A DNA stretch of 64,000 bases from Mobula birostris (GCF_030028105.1 NC_092389.1:22245180-22309179); one strand, 5' to 3'; shown: positions 38,283 to 52,857, counted from the first letter of the stretch. The notes: a model not told the origin generated them from the sequence alone. Numbers and translations are program-made.

Positions 38283-40223
38283 CTGCAATGCATTTGTCAT
38301 GTTTTAGGCATCCTATGTTGTTGCTGGTTGACTTGTACAGTTTGACAATAATGATTAAATAACAGAAAACAGATCAAGTTTAACAGATCTACCACGGTAA
38401 GTTTATCAAAAAAAAAAAGAGGTCCAAAAGCCTGTTTGTAATCAATTTTGCAATAGACTGGAGAGACTTGAATGAATATAATTTCAGCACACATATACCT
38501 GACATGCATTGTTGAAATAAAGTAGGCATAAGCATACCAAAATATACACAATAACCACTAAAAAAAAGTATCAATAAACATTGCCGTATCTTTGAAACTC
38601 ACTACCAATCTCAAATGTATCATTTATATTTAAATTAAAATTCACAAGCAGTAAAACAGAATAAATCATAGTTGGAACAGGGTTTCTATACTCTAAATAT
38701 ACTTAGAGATTTAGCAATGAATCAGAAATATAGAAACTAATATACTCAGCAGATAAATTATTACACAAAAAACTATAGCATGAAAACACTGACACGTACT
38801 GCCATCAAATAGAAATGTGAGCAAATATTTGACGGAGAAAAATAAGGAGCATTAAATATTGTTGTAGTTATTAGACTCAAAAAGTGCTCCCTCTGAAAAC
38901 TACTCCAATGAATTTAATACAATATTGTCTGCTGCAGTATTCATACTTTTTCACAGCAATACTCAGTTCAACTCTGTTCAGCTATAATACTCAGCTGAAG
39001 TCAATGAAAAACGTATTTCAAAAGTGGAGTTTCAAAGTGCATACATTATACATCACAACTTCAGCAAACATAATAAAAGCTTTGTGAGCAAATGCTTTAT
39101 GCATCACCACTATAAATTAGAAGAGTCACTTTAAAGAAGGAGATGGTCCAGAATACAAAACAAGCCAAAAATAGGCTTGGTCATTTAATCTAATCTGTGC
39201 TGTGTGGATTAAAACAGAGGTGCCTGACTTTGTTATTCTATCAGCCAAATATTCTATACTAAATGCATTAATAATCTTCCAAGGTCTGGTCTTGGCAATT
39301 GTCCTGTCCATTATCCCAGGAAATTGATTTGTTGACTCCTGAAGTCATCAGCAGGGCACAAAGGAAACTACATTATAAAGATTTGTTTTTTCTGCGAGCT
39401 GTTTGGACTTTTGCAGAATGTGATTTTATAAATTGCCCTTTTTAAACCACATTAACATTTGACAAAACTATTCAAGCCACTGTTATGTTCAGCAAGATAA
39501 TTTTACAGAAATCTAGTTTCAAATTGATAAACTAGCTATACAATTTATTTTACTTGTTTCCTTAACACAGCAAGTTACACGGGTGTCATAACCCTGTTGG
39601 ATCCTGGCCTACAATTGTTCGCGTGGAAACCTCAAAAGTCAGTGCTGATGCACTATTTCACGACACAGTCAGAGCAGGATCTTGTCCCTTTCTCATGCTA
39701 CCCATCAGACACATTCACTAACCAGCTGGGATTACTGGAACCCAAATATAGTACAATTATTCTGCTTCATCACCAGGCATATAAGGAATTGCAAAGATTT
39801 TCCCCCATATAGTGTGACAATCAAACACAAACACAATCAAAAATCAGACATTTTTATCTGTGCCGCTCTCTCTCTCTCTAGAGTGACAGTTTATTTACAA
39901 AGCTACAAGTATACGGCACACTTGTTTTTCTTCAACATTATTCCCAAGATTTCTCCTGAAATCAACCCAACACATGGTTTGTGAATATATCAATCTAATT
40001 AATATAACTCGCTTCCCAATTGATTGATTATACCCATTACTTCTGATACTAAATTTTCTGGAGAATACCACAAGTAACAGCACAGATGGAAGAGGCTAAT
40101 TGGTTCATCCTACTGGTATCAGCTCTTTGCTGGAGAAATTCAAAACCAACGTCACCTCTCTGTTATGGAATCCAGTTCATTTTCTTTTTCCCCTCACTGC
40201 CACATTGGGAAAGAATGTATGCA

Positions 40224-41027
40224 CAGTTGATTCTGGTAAATTGGGCCATCAGTTAATTGGGGCAGCCACTTATTTGAGACAACTTTTAAAGAACAAAAAC
40301 TAATCAAGAAAATATCTGGGATTCCCTTTGTTTATTTGGGAAACAATACCACTTAATTGGGACAGGAGACTGTTCCTGAACAGTTTCGAACTAGCATCAG
40401 TCACGTGCACTTGTCTGGCTTTAGATATTGCACCATGCTTACAGTGAACTTTTTTTTAAAAAATGGTGTCAGTTGCATCTGTATGTGCTTAAAAGGCAGT
40501 GATTTTTGTCACTGACCGTTGGTGCGAAACAAGCAGTAAGACAATTCAGAACCATTTTGCTCACTCCAGTTTCAAGCATTCAGGGTTGGAAATGAAGGAA
40601 GCGATCAGGAGTGAAATTGAAACAATTACTTTGTCATTAAGCATTATGAAGAAATTGAAGGTATTAACAAACATCTTAAATGTTACAACAAAAATGAAGA
40701 TTTGGAAGATGCAATCTTCAAAAGTATTGAATAAATGCAGTCAATTATCTGCACTAGGTAAATGCACTGATTTATTTACAGTAAATCAAATGATCATAGC
40801 AGCACACAATTCCTCCATCAATAACTATTGGGAACTAATACAGTTTTATAGTACTGTAGTATATAATAGTGCTCGATTTTTTTTGCATTTAAATACATAG
40901 TTTGTCACTCAGTTAAAATTAGTTTGCATCTTTCATAGCCTTTTAACTATTGCCAAAAGAGCAGTTAATTGTGGCAGCCACTTGATTGGGCCAAAACATA
41001 CTGGTCCCAATTAACCAAAATCCACTG
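40224..41027 (+). mobile_element. Non-autonomous Tigger/pogo-like DNA transposon
   Basis: TIRs cagttgattctggtaaattggg / cccaattaaccaaaatccactg|TA, with a transposase C-terminal relic (WCETSSKTIQNHFAHSSF). Confidence 0.75.
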
Positions 41028-41614
41028 TACATAAACACTGAAGGGCAATTGGTGTGCTGGACCATTAAAGCAGTTGGGAGTACAAGTGCAAAATTTGCAA
41101 CAATTTGTAACATACTTTGTTACTCAGATTGTGAAATTTTCCTTCTTTATTGCAAATTAGATGCATTTTTGTATAACTTCAAACACTGCTGAAAAATAAT
41201 ATTTCAATTAACTATTTAAAAATTAACAAATGGCAGAAACAATTGCCAGAAACAATTGCCTTGCTTGCAATATTTTTTGAGAGATATTCACTTTCCAAGT
41301 CCCAAGAGGCATATTGTTAACCTTAGCATTCTAGTACAGCAGCACAACTTTTCCAAAGAATCAGAGTTGTTTTTGACAAAGTTAAATTTCTAACCAATAC
41401 TCATTGCTCAGCTTCTTGTTGCAAACAAGTAAACAATGAGGTATTCTCGGCCCAGGATTAATCAACAGAAAACAATGGGGTTATATTAATTGGCCTGCAT
41501 TAAACTGACTAAGTTATTTGCACACAGAACAGACTGATTTTGTCACATCAAACATGGTCACAGATATAGTTGATCAGTCAATATTTGGGATGTTTGTATC
41601 CTCAGTCAACTCAC

Positions 41615-41693
41615 AACATGAATTTTGGTTGTCTGGGATCTTTGTTACCAGAAGGTTTTAGACCATCTGTTGAGCTTAAGGCAGCAAAAGTAT
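41615..41693 (-). CDS. Candidate internal exon of the host gene (xTFAALSSTDGLKPSGNKDPRQPKFMx)
   Basis: Minus strand reads gtgttatttttcag|ATACTT...TTCATGTT|gtgagt, a strong acceptor and consensus donor. It is 79 nt and only the phase 1 to phase 2 frame is open. Protein not recognised. Confidence 0.7.
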
Positions 41694-41739
41694 CTGAAAA
41701 ATAACACATGCAAATTGTGTCAATTATCAGCAAAAGAGT

Positions 41740-42140
41740 ACAAGCATTTCTGAATTCATTGGCCACATCTTCATCTTCCCAAAGACTCCTCAGAATGCCA
41801 TGGAAGGCCCTTAGCACAACTGAACCCATTGACACGAAGATCTCAGTTGGGACATAGTCCTTTCCAGAGTTTTTTTTTTCCTAGAATTTAAGTGAGCAGC
41901 TTGATTGACCTCAACCACTGCATAGGGGACGTTGAGGCTGCTGGCAGTGGGCTTCAGGGGGATCTGATTAAGTGCAGCCTCATCTATGGTAGAGGGCCTT
42001 TTGAACAAGCTGCTGAAGTGCTCTCTTCACTTATTGTTAATGCTCTTTTCCCTCTGAGAAAGACTGTGCCATCTGCTGACAGAAGCAGTGTGGTGCATGG
42101 CTTGTGTGGCCCATAGATTGCTTTGATGTCACTGAAAAGC
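41740..42140 (-). mobile_element. RTE-clade LINE remnant
   Basis: Minus strand encodes FKRPSTIDEAALNQIP...EVNQA and ...GSVVLRAFHGILRSLWEDEDVANEFRNA, RTE pre-RT region-like. Confidence 0.65.
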
Positions 42141-42637
42141 ATCTTAAAAAGTAGATACCCCATCTACAGGTAGCCTTGATATACCCTACATTGAGGGTAC
42201 CCATAGATACCTATAATCAGATAGGACTCAAAATCTCCTTTTGAGTTTAGAGCTTTGCAAACAGTGAACCCAATACCATCACAATTTAAGGCTATTGAAG
42301 GACTGGAACTAACCAAATTACAATAAGGAGTTATATTATTTCCATTATATCTTTGCATAAATGCAGCAGACAAACTGACATGCTGCAGTCAGAGGAGATT
42401 TATGAGACTAATACAAGGATGAAAGGTACCTTAGTTATGTAAAGATATGCAAGCCGGAGAACTCCCCTGGAGCCTTGAAGACAATGAGGAGCCTTAATAT
42501 TGGTGTTCAAAATTATTACAGTTTTTGATAAATTAGATAAAGAGAAAATATTTCTACTGTCATGACGATAAAAAAAACCAAAGGGACCCCCAGTCCTAGT
42601 TATGATAACTGGTAAAGAGAGGAACCACAAAGTATTA

Positions 42638-43285
42638 ATACGAGAGATTCTGCAGATGCTGGAAATTTTAAGCAACATACACAAAATGCTGGAGGAATGT
42701 AGCAAGCCAGGCAGCCTCTGTAGAGGGGCATAAACAGCTGATGTTTCAGGTTGACACCCTTCATTAGGACTAGAAAGTTAAGTGGCAGAAGCCAGAATGA
42801 GGAGGAGGAAAGTAGTACAAGACGGCAGGTGACAGGTGAGGCAAGGTGAGAAGATGGGTGATGAATAAGAAGCTGGGAGATGATAGGTGGAAGAGGTAAG
42901 AAGGCTGAAGAAGCAATCTAATTGGAGAAGATAGCAGACCATTCAAGAAAGGGAAGGAGGGGGAAACCAAAGGGAAGTGATGGGCAGGTGTGAAGAAGTG
43001 GAAGGGTGAGAGGGCAAACAAAATGTGGAATGGAAAAAAAAGAGAAACTAAGAGGGGTGTAATTATCCAAAGTTAGAGAAATTGATGTTCATGTTATCAA
43101 GTTCAAGGCTACGTGGACAAATTATGAGGCATTGCTCCTCCAGCCAGAGTGTGACTTCATCATTGTGGCAGCAGAGGTGGCCATAGACAGACATGTCAGA
43201 ATGGGAATGAGAAGTTGAATTGAAATGGTTAGTCAATGGGAGAACCTGCCTCATGCGGTGGACAGAGCAAAAGTTCTTAATGTTC
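42638..43285 (-). mobile_element. Penelope-like element 3' fragment
   Basis: ORF 43063-43287 encodes NHFNSTSHSHSDMS...LEEQCLI...MNINFSNF. pLTR with a decayed hammerhead at about 42735-42772. Confidence 0.8.
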
Positions 43286-44047
43286 ACTGGGAGTAGAGTA
43301 TTTAAGTATTTTATTTTGATTAAAGAAAACAGAGCAGAATTGGAAAAGGACTTGAAAAATAATTGAGCAAAACAATAGGAAAAAGTGGGAGAGTTTCAAG
43401 TAATTGCACATCCACAGTGTTTCCATTTACTCTTCACCAGCACTTTAGAACAAATAGTTTATTTCTTCTGGGGTTTATATACTACTCCATTCCATCACAC
43501 GGTCCTCATGTTCTTCCATCCAGTCCATCGTCATCAGAAAGGCTAACGGTATTGCCAAGGAAACCCACCAAACTGACCATCCCCTTTTCACTCTACCTTC
43601 TTGAAGATGATACAGGAGGCTAAAAGCCCATGCGATCATACTTGAAAGAGATTGTTCCTCAGTCTATCAGATCTCTGATCCAATCATGTCTTGCACATCC
43701 CCTTCCCAGTGGTGCTGTCATATTCTCAAATCTTGAATTCTATTATTGTCACTTTAGCATTTCTTTTTGCACTACCCCATTTTCCCCACTTATTGCTGTA
43801 TTTATTGCAATGTACACTGCTTATTTTATGAGCTTTATGCAAGTAAGGAATTTCATTGTACCATGGTGTATAAGACCATAAACTAATCTGAATCTGACAA
43901 TTTGCTTCAAATAGAAAAGCATTTTGTTTGCTACAGTGTAAGAGCATGCTTCAGATAAATAAAACATTTCAGGATGCCTTTTGCCTCAAAACTGAGGAAA
44001 TATTGACTTACCATAGAAAAGGAAAAACAACTGCACAGACCATCGGA

Positions 44048-44050
<3 letters not shown>

Positions 44051-44112
<62 letters not shown>

Positions 44113-44128
44113 ACGTGTGTGTGTGTGT
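44051..44128. repeat. (TG)n microsatellite
   Basis: Directly visible. Confidence 0.98.
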
Positions 44129-45739
44129 ATATATATTTTCATTCATTCAGATGTACAGAAGAGAGGCCAAATTGCTCCATTCCTCACTATGAGAATTAAC
44201 CTCCACTGCATCAAATTGCACTGAGTTCATTAGTTACAGCATTTCAGTCAACTCTGCCTTCTACCTCATCCATCCTTAGGTGACACCCCCCTCCCACCCA
44301 ACACACACCATCTTCGCTGCTTTCTACCTTCACCAGCTGCCTTACTCAGCTTGTCATGACAGAATATTACAGTTCTTCTGAGGTATAGGAAAGAAGTTTT
44401 TGTTGCTTATTGTAATAACTTCATCCTCGTCGCCAAAAATATGTAGTAACTTCTACTTTGAAAAATGCACACTCGACAACTTTATGCCGAAGAAACAACT
44501 TTATCTCGAACTTCAAAACCGTTATGTATATACAGAGGCTTTCACAACCCATACGGCATGGCAGAGACACTACATACAAAGCCCACCAAAAGTAAAAACT
44601 GAAGTAAAACCTCCATTATCCTAATTAATATTAACTTACTTTTAATAATGCTCACACTAAAACACTTATGAAATTTGAAAATCATTCCCTAGTGCCTGAA
44701 ACAAACTGGACTGGGCCCATTATCCAGTACCATTTGCTTATCAATTCCTTTCCAGTTTCTATTCCTGATTTTGTTTCTATCCCACAGGTTGTTGTATGAT
44801 TGTGGATGCATAAAATGAGCAGTTTTCTCTGGGCAATTGACCCAGCATGATTAACTTTGGATTATTAATTAGGCTTTATTTTGTGACCTGAACAGACTGA
44901 TGGGCATGTGTGACAAATGATCAAAGTTGGTCCTTGTGAAGACAGTTACAGAGATAGCAGCTCCTTCGGGAATGACTCCCTATCCACTGCTATTTCTGGC
45001 AGCCTTTGCTTTCCATTACACTTTACAATCTACTCTCCGCTGTTGCTCTTGATCTTCCATCCCAAGTCATTAGTTGTTTAAACCATCAGGGTCAGTGACA
45101 ATGTTGCTCTTTGCTGTAGTTAGTGAGCATTGTACCTGAGCTCAAATTTTCCTTCTGTATTCTGGGAAAAAGAGTGATGTGGCTTCAAATCCTGACTACC
45201 ACAGACTTCATCCCGACTCTGCTTTTGTGAATGATTTCCCACCGAGTTGTTTAAATTTTAAATCAAGCAGAAAACATGGAAAATAATTAGAATCTTCAAT
45301 CTGAAACACTGGCTCTGTTTCTCTTCCCACAGCAGCTGAGTGTTCACTGAAATTTATTATTAATCTCCGCAAGCTTTTTTTTTAAAACCAGCTTTAAATA
45401 TTAACAACATTTCCCTCTTCAAAAATCTTGCTTCATCTTTTGTGCATTACCAGCTTATGGCTCTTGTTCATATTCCATGTCTGTATCTTCTCAATAAGCT
45501 TTCCATCATACCATAGTGCTGAAATAACCCCAGTTACAACTGCATGAATGTTGCAATGGTTAGATTTATCAACCATGTGTATATCAAAACGTACAATGAA
45601 ATGCATTGGTTGTGTTATCAGCACATCCTGAGGGTGTGCTGGGGGCAGTCTGCATGTGTTGAGACATATTCCAGCACCAATCCCTTGCTCTTCACAATCT
45701 GTGTGCAGCCTTCAACATAGCACTCTCTAACACCTTTTC

Positions 45740-45872
45740 CAAAGTGCTGGAGGGAAATTAACAGTCAACATTTTGAGCTAAAACTCTTCATCAGGACTGT
45801 CTGATCTGTTGAGTTTCTCCAGCATTTTGTTTGCATTGTTCAAGATTTCCAACATCTGTGGAATCTTGTCTC
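45740..45872. mobile_element. Short Penelope-like pLTR relic with minus-strand hammerhead-like motif
   Basis: Minus strand at about 45762-45799 reads cagtc CTGATGA agagttttagctc AAAA tgtt gactg. Confidence 0.65.
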
Positions 45873-48449
45873 CGAGTGTGACTACTTCCTTCATATATCC
45901 AGCTGTAAACAGGAAATTGTACTTAAAGGCTTTTACTCCACCTGTACCATGCATTTCTGAAATTTGGATCCATTAGTTAACAGAAGGTACGACTTAGTGA
46001 TCTTAATGCTACTGACCAGGATTAAGTTAAGTTTCTAGGTACATTTGCTTCCACCTTTCCTCAGCTCTTTTCCTTTGACTGTCTCCATTTTGTCAGGCCA
46101 TGTGTGACATCCAGTACAGATGAACAGAAATCTCTTCAGCTAAATATTTAAACGTAAACAATCTCCAGTCCATGCACAATATTTGCTTTCTAACCTCCAT
46201 CCCATTCCTGATTCAGACATTTAGTACGGCATTTAATAACAAGATGCTTTCTAGCCTATATATTCAGGTAATCACTATGATTACATGTTCACCTTTCAGC
46301 AACATTGCCTGAACTTGACTCACCTCATCTGCTACTAAATTTCTTGACCATGTGTTGGTGACCTACAAATGTGACTATTCCATTGCATTCAGGTCATCCA
46401 AATCTCTGCTACACATACCCTGACCCCGCAATGGCACATAGCAGTAATTGGCTTCCAGTTACACAACACTTGCACGATAAAGTTCACACTCTTGCTTTCA
46501 GAGTCTCTTCACATTCCCACATGTCCTTGTCTACATAACTGCCTCCAGCTACAAAACCCTCAGTGTATCCGTGACCTGAACTTGTGTATCCATTTGACAG
46601 GTTACATTTGCTTAACAACCAGTGACCTTGCCTTCAGCTGCTGACATTCTGAATTCTGAAATTTCTTCTAAATTTTCCCATTGTCTCAGATTGCCTTAAT
46701 CCTACATTATACTTCTCAGAACTCATTTCATTGGGGCTCTGCTTAAGATTAATTGTTATTTAATGATATTTCTCTTTCATAAGTTTTCAAAGACATTTGC
46801 ATCAAATACATCAAGAGAACAAAGAATTCTTCTATGTGTAAAAGGTTCCTGGGGTATTGAATGCCTTCTCGCAAAAAAACAACAGACACATCATTATAAA
46901 CTTATAGACAGAAATAGATTTTAGAAGAACAATTGTAAAACAGTACAGGAACATCGCAAAATAATGGGATTCTGTGAGGACCATTTTCATAGTACTGATA
47001 AAAGTTTGATGAATTGAAAAGCCACCATCCATATGGTAAAATTCCCCAAGTCTGAATCTGACTGCAAGATGTCTTAAAATAACACGAGCACTTGCAATGC
47101 TGGTTCCAACATTTGCTGAAAACATTGACTGATTAGGTTTTGAAATGGGATGTAAAACCTACTGACCACGGCATTTCTAATGCGATAAGCATATAAACAT
47201 TGCTTGCCTGGAGTGATTGATAACTTGCTAGTATCCAAGGCAGCTCAAAATCAAAGGATTATTTTGTTCCTTTCCCCACATACAAAAGGGATTACATAGT
47301 TTATTCTTAGAATAATTTTATTATGATGGTATCTAACCCACAGCATAATCATCTGACCATAAAAGGTTCTATTTTTTAAATTTCAGAACTGTTTCATCAA
47401 TACAAAAAGCACAACGAATATCACTTCCATGCTCTCACACACATAGTTTGGAGATGTCTGGGCACCAGTGCTTTTCTTGGAAGTAGCTATTAGACATTGA
47501 ACATTTTACCAAATGGAAAAGTACAGTATACAAAAAAATGATTGCCATTTTTATAGGATTGTTTATGCCCAAGTGAAATCACATGCTATTATCTCCTTGC
47601 TCAAAGAATTTCTATGGTTCGCTCATGAGCATCATATCATTGGCCCTCCTGGGTACTGTGGTTAAATACCCGGAGATGTTTTATATCAAAGAAACACTGC
47701 ACATCTTGTACTGTCAGATTGTCAGTGATTATCGCATGAGAAATCACTGTACTTCCAAGTAACTGCAGCTATCGTGTATTGTGTGTAATTTACAGCTCCC
47801 CATCAGTTACTATCACTGCATTGGGGTTCTGAATGCTACTTGGAAGCAAATCTTCTGCTTTTAAGACAGAAGGTTACCACCTTCCATCTTCATTTTCTCT
47901 GACATCTTACAGGACTGAGAATCTATAAGCCTTGTATCTGCTTCATTTCCCTCAATCTTTTGCACTCGGAGTACAAACACTTGTATCCTCAGCTCAGTCT
48001 CTCAATTGTGTCTCTCCACATTCTTTTTAAAATCGTCATTGCACAGCACTTATTGGAACTAAGCATTTTGGAAATGTTTAAGCTATGAGGATGCATTACT
48101 TGTGCTTGTTCTTCGCCTCAGTGCTCATTTAATTCAAAGAATGCAAACGCCAGTTCACTTGTTTGAGTCCTTCTATCCAACTCCCAAAAATCCAAAATTC
48201 TGAGTGACAGTGCTCAGAATATCTTGATATTCTTCACAAATCATAGGAAAATAATGTTGCTTAAATGTTCAAATACATCTATACATGAGAATGATTACTT
48301 GTTGGAGGGCATTAACTTGCCCTGGAGTAAAACTGACCTTGCCAATATTATTCATTGTGAATAAAGTTCAAAGAAATGTTCTTCATCTATTGTCATTCCG
48401 ATGGTAAAAGATTGTATTGCATCACTTGGAAGAACAAACAAATCTGTAG

Positions 48450-48660
48450 AGCAGCACAGTGTCAGAGACAGTGGAAGTGTTGCCTCACAGGTCTGAGAGA
48501 CGCATGTTTAATCCATATTCCTGGTGCAGGCTGTGAGAAGTTTGAATATTCATCCTGTGATCATGTGGGCTTCTTCCATTTCTTCCCACATTCCCAAGGT
48601 GTGCAGGTTGGTAGGTTAATGAGCAAGTATAAATTGCTCTTGGTGAGCAGCTGAGTGGTG
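48450..48660 (+). mobile_element. tRNA-derived SINE (V-SINE-like)
   Basis: SINE head plus core ttcccacattcccaaggtgtgcaggttggtaggttaat. Confidence 0.6.
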
Positions 48661-49709
48661 GACTTGTAATAGAACGTACAGCCCAGGTTGCCAGGTTGTA
48701 ATCCAATGAAGTATTACCGTGAAGGGTAAGGCAATTTGATCGGCTGGAGATGAAAAAAGCTCATAAGGATTTAATTTTCCCCTACCACAAAGATACGATA
48801 TTTTACAGAGTTTATTCATAAATTTAGAATCACAGTTTCTATGCAGTAAGAGCTCAAATTCCATTAAAACAGAAGTTGTTGAATTCCCATTACAGATGAC
48901 TCCATCCAACTGGCCAGATTTGTGATGTAACGATTAAAATGGTTTCCGCAGGCTGCGTCACTGCTCTAAAAGTGGTCACATTTGAATTCCAAAGCATAAC
49001 ACCTGTACTCATTTGATAAATATGACATGGTCACTTGTATGTGGTTAATGTTGCTCCCTATTCAATTACAGTGACATCTCCATACTGAGCAAAACCAGGC
49101 TACAAAAGTTACCACTGCAGAATATTAAAAAACTCCAAGAAGCGTGGTTTATATTGGCTCCAGCAAAACACTACAAACACCATTTCTCTCAACTAATTCA
49201 GTACATGTCATATTTCCAATAGATTTCTAATTGATGAGACATCTGAACTGCATTGTTTCAACTGCCTATGACACAGCATTCCACTTGGAAAAAAAACATC
49301 AGTTGATAAGAATACTAACTTAATATTTTATATTGTATTTGGGAAATATAACCTTGGACGACATATTACAGACACTTTACAAAGCCAGGCATGCATTATG
49401 AAGTGAATCTTATTTTTAAATTAGATTTCTGCAAAAGGTACCAGGTGGCATGTGGCGAGGATATTTTACATTTCCAAAGAAGCTAATATTAAGGCTGTGT
49501 TATGTGACTAGACAAAGTGCAGACCTGATGAGAATGCATCATATATGGTCAACAGTTTTGGCTGTGGACTAGAATAACGATGCTTTCTCTATAAATTACA
49601 TTTCAAAATGTCAAGCATGTTAGATATGAAGGTATTTAAAATGAATATAACATGCAGATTGTGACAGCTCCATTGTGATTAAATTTGCAAGATTTCATTT
49701 ACTTATTAA

Positions 49710-51400
49710 ATTTTCAGGATCTGGGTGTTGCTAGCATCCTTAATTGCTATTGAGGTGGTAGGGAACGTCTTTCTTGAACCACTGCAGCTCTTCTGATAAA
49801 GGATCACCCATAGTAGCGTTGGGAGAGGTCTCCAAGATTTATACTCACTGACAAAGGGCAAGCAATACATTTCCAAATTAGAAATGTACAAATTGTAGGG
49901 GTAGATGCCGGTAATGGCTCTCGCTAGTGCCTGTTACACTTGCCCTTTTTCTTGATGGGAGAGTTTTCAGGTTCAAGGGACAATATCAAAGTAGTGTAGA
50001 CGAATAACAGCCCTACTTTTTGTCAATGCTGCAGCTAAGGTATCAAGGTGATGGATTGGGTTATTAAAGCTTCAATCTGCAAGTGAAAAGTATTCCCTCA
50101 TATCCTCAACTTGGATCTTGTCGCTGATAGAAAGGATCTAGGGTGTCAGAGAGTGAGCGATTTGAAGGGTTCCCATTTTTTTGACCTGCTCACAAAGCCA
50201 CAGTATTTATGTGGTTAATCCAGTCAAAGCCTCATCAATGATGAGGCCTCAGGATAATGCTGATAGAGGACTCGGTGGTAATGCCTTTGGAGGTCAAGAT
50301 TTTGGGGGTTCTCTGCTTGACAATTCTGGCACAAGTGTTACTTGCCCACTTTTCAATGTTCGGCATGTCTTTCTGCTAGCAGGCATGGACTGTTTCATAA
50401 GTGAGGAACTATAAAGGGAAATGGAAATTGTGGATTAAGTAAATATCCTCACTCCTGATTTTATGGTGGAAAGATGGTGAATAATGAAGAGGATCTGAAA
50501 TTTTCCTGCAATTGTGTGCTGGGCTTCGATGGTTGAACTTCAACATCCACAACCTTTGTCCTTCTTATGAACTATGATTTCATCTACTGAAATGATTTCC
50601 CTCTAATACCTATACATTTCAGTTTCACCATTTTCCCTTGATTCCCATACTTGGTCAAATAATGACTTTGATGGCAAGGGGAATCCCTCTCACCCTGGAA
50701 GAACCCAGTGTGACAAGTAGTATCTGGAGGAAGAAAGGCATCATTGACATTTCAGGTTGAAAAACTGCACTAGGACACTTAAGGTGTTTCTAGCATCTGC
50801 AGCCTCATATCTCTGGAATCCCTCTTACCTCATCTCTGTAATTTATCTCTTTGGTTGATATTTGGATGAAGTCCATGACAACATCCAGAGCTGAGTGACC
50901 CTAACAAAATTCAAACTGGGCATTGGCAAGCACAGCATCGATCAGTAAATATTGTTCAATAGTACCATCAACAGCACATTCACAAATTCTGGATGCCGAG
51001 GGATATCAACAGGGGAAAAAAAACACATGGCGACTAAAATGATGAAGGTGGCCTGTTGAGAGAAAAATGTGTTGGGAGGCATTAAAGAACAAAATTAAGG
51101 TGACTCAGAGGGGTGGTCATAAAGCTCTTGCAGACAGGATTAAAGAACATTAAAATATTAAAAGAATAACCAAAGAGAAAGAAATGTGCATTACAGACCG
51201 AAGTGGCAATCTGTTTATGAGGCAGAAAGCATAGCTAAATTCCTGACTGAATACATGAGTACTGTTCATTGGTTTTCACAAAGAGACCTTGAATTCTCCA
51301 ATTACAACGAAGGTGTAGGCTAAAGTCAATTACAGGTGTCCATGAATAAATGGGAGGTACCCAATGCCTTGGTAGGATGAAAGGTGGGATGCAAGGTAAA
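49710..51400. mobile_element. Ancient LINE (CR1/L2-group) remnants
   Basis: Patchy similarity to LINE 3' regions (tcttcttgaaccactgcag..., cagtatttatgtggttaatccagt...). No intact ORF. Confidence 0.35.
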
Positions 51401-52857
51401 GTGTATGAACAGTTAATCAATACAGCTCAGATTTTAATTCCATCCCAAGAATTAAACTGCAATATTTAATACATTTGATGTGGCCAGTTAGACATATTTT
51501 GCATAAAAATGAGACTGTCATTCAACAGCAAAATTGTATTAGTGCTGAGTACATTACTTTTTCCAATGTAGATTTTAGGATATACAAATAGCGCTTGAAG
51601 GTGGTCAGTACTCATATCAAGGTTAGAAACTATTGGGACTAATTTCAGCCAAACACACCACTCAGGAAATAGAACAGTTGGGGTTATAAAGATCCTCAAT
51701 ACTCATCCAAATCTTATCTCCATTCAAGTCAGCTCAAAGAGGATATACGTAGAATTAAACTACCTGTACATGGCAACACTTGCCAAAAAGACTCAATAAG
51801 ATTAGCTTACAGGTGGAAAAGCAGCAAGAAATCAATGTCTTCTGGTGGAAAACTGGTACCTTTACATTTACAAATTGGATCAGCGCTCTTGTTTCATCAC
51901 CGTAAGATGAAACATAGACCAAACCAAAGTTTCCATTTCCCTGTCCAAACCCAGACGTTATAAGATTTAATTTTAGAAAAGTTTAAGCATGTCCCTTTAA
52001 AAATAGCTTAGCTTTGGATTCACCTTTCAAAGTAAGTAGTAAATGGCTTATCAGACATTTACTAAGTGGCTAATCCTTTCGTTGGTCTCACTTCCATCTT
52101 TGCCTAGCTCAGTTTTCATTATACCAAGTGAGCCAGATCTCTGGAATAGAGGTTTTCCAAGATACACAGCCTCAAATTCCTTATCACTTCTTTATAGGAA
52201 GTTATTTTCTCTGGCAAGTCAACCCAATGCATTACGCTTGATATTGTTAATCATGGAGCCATATAGCCTTCAATCTATGGCAAAGATCACTGTTTTATAC
52301 TTATCCTGTGTGAATCCTTAAGTTTTCCCATCAGCACTCCTAGATTCTACCATTAACCTACTCACTAGGGTGTTTTACAGTGTTCAGCTAACCTACAAAC
52401 CTTCATGTCTTTGGGATGAGGGAAGAAACCAGAGCGCTTGAAAGAATACTGCATGCCCACAGGAGAACATTCTAACTCTACATGATCAATATCAGAGCAA
52501 GACTGAACCCAGGTCACATGATTAACTGTGCCATTCCAGAAATGCTGTAGAGTTTCTCTAATCGAGCTCTCACTTCAGCCTGGTAAGCATTCATTCTTCT
52601 CAGATTTACTTTTAACCTTTCCTACATATAATTGAGATAGATTAGTAAAAATGATAGAAGAATTCCATCACTTCAATTAACTTCTTTATGAACTGAATCA
52701 AAGTACCACACAAACTGAAATTTCTAGTGAAGTCCAACTTGCCATTACAGATCAATATCAGCTTTTAAATCAGTTAATAATAACTTTATTAAAGCAAGCT
52801 ATTTTGAGGCTAATTACAAATACCAATCATTACTCTAATACCTTATATGTACTTGTC

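Noticed and set aside
42211-42308. Phase-compatible possible exon upstream of 41615-41693
   Set aside because: Only moderate splice signals and an unrecognised peptide. Chance compatibility is likely.
43928-44224. ORFs with VC/HT repeats
   Set aside because: Translation of a (TG)n microsatellite.
51860-51940. 81-nt open minus-strand segment (GNGNFGLVYVSSYGDETRALIQFVNVK) containing a 9-bp hairpin at 51890-51914
   Set aside because: Weak polypyrimidine tract, moderate donor and no homology recognised. Not supportable without RNA-seq.
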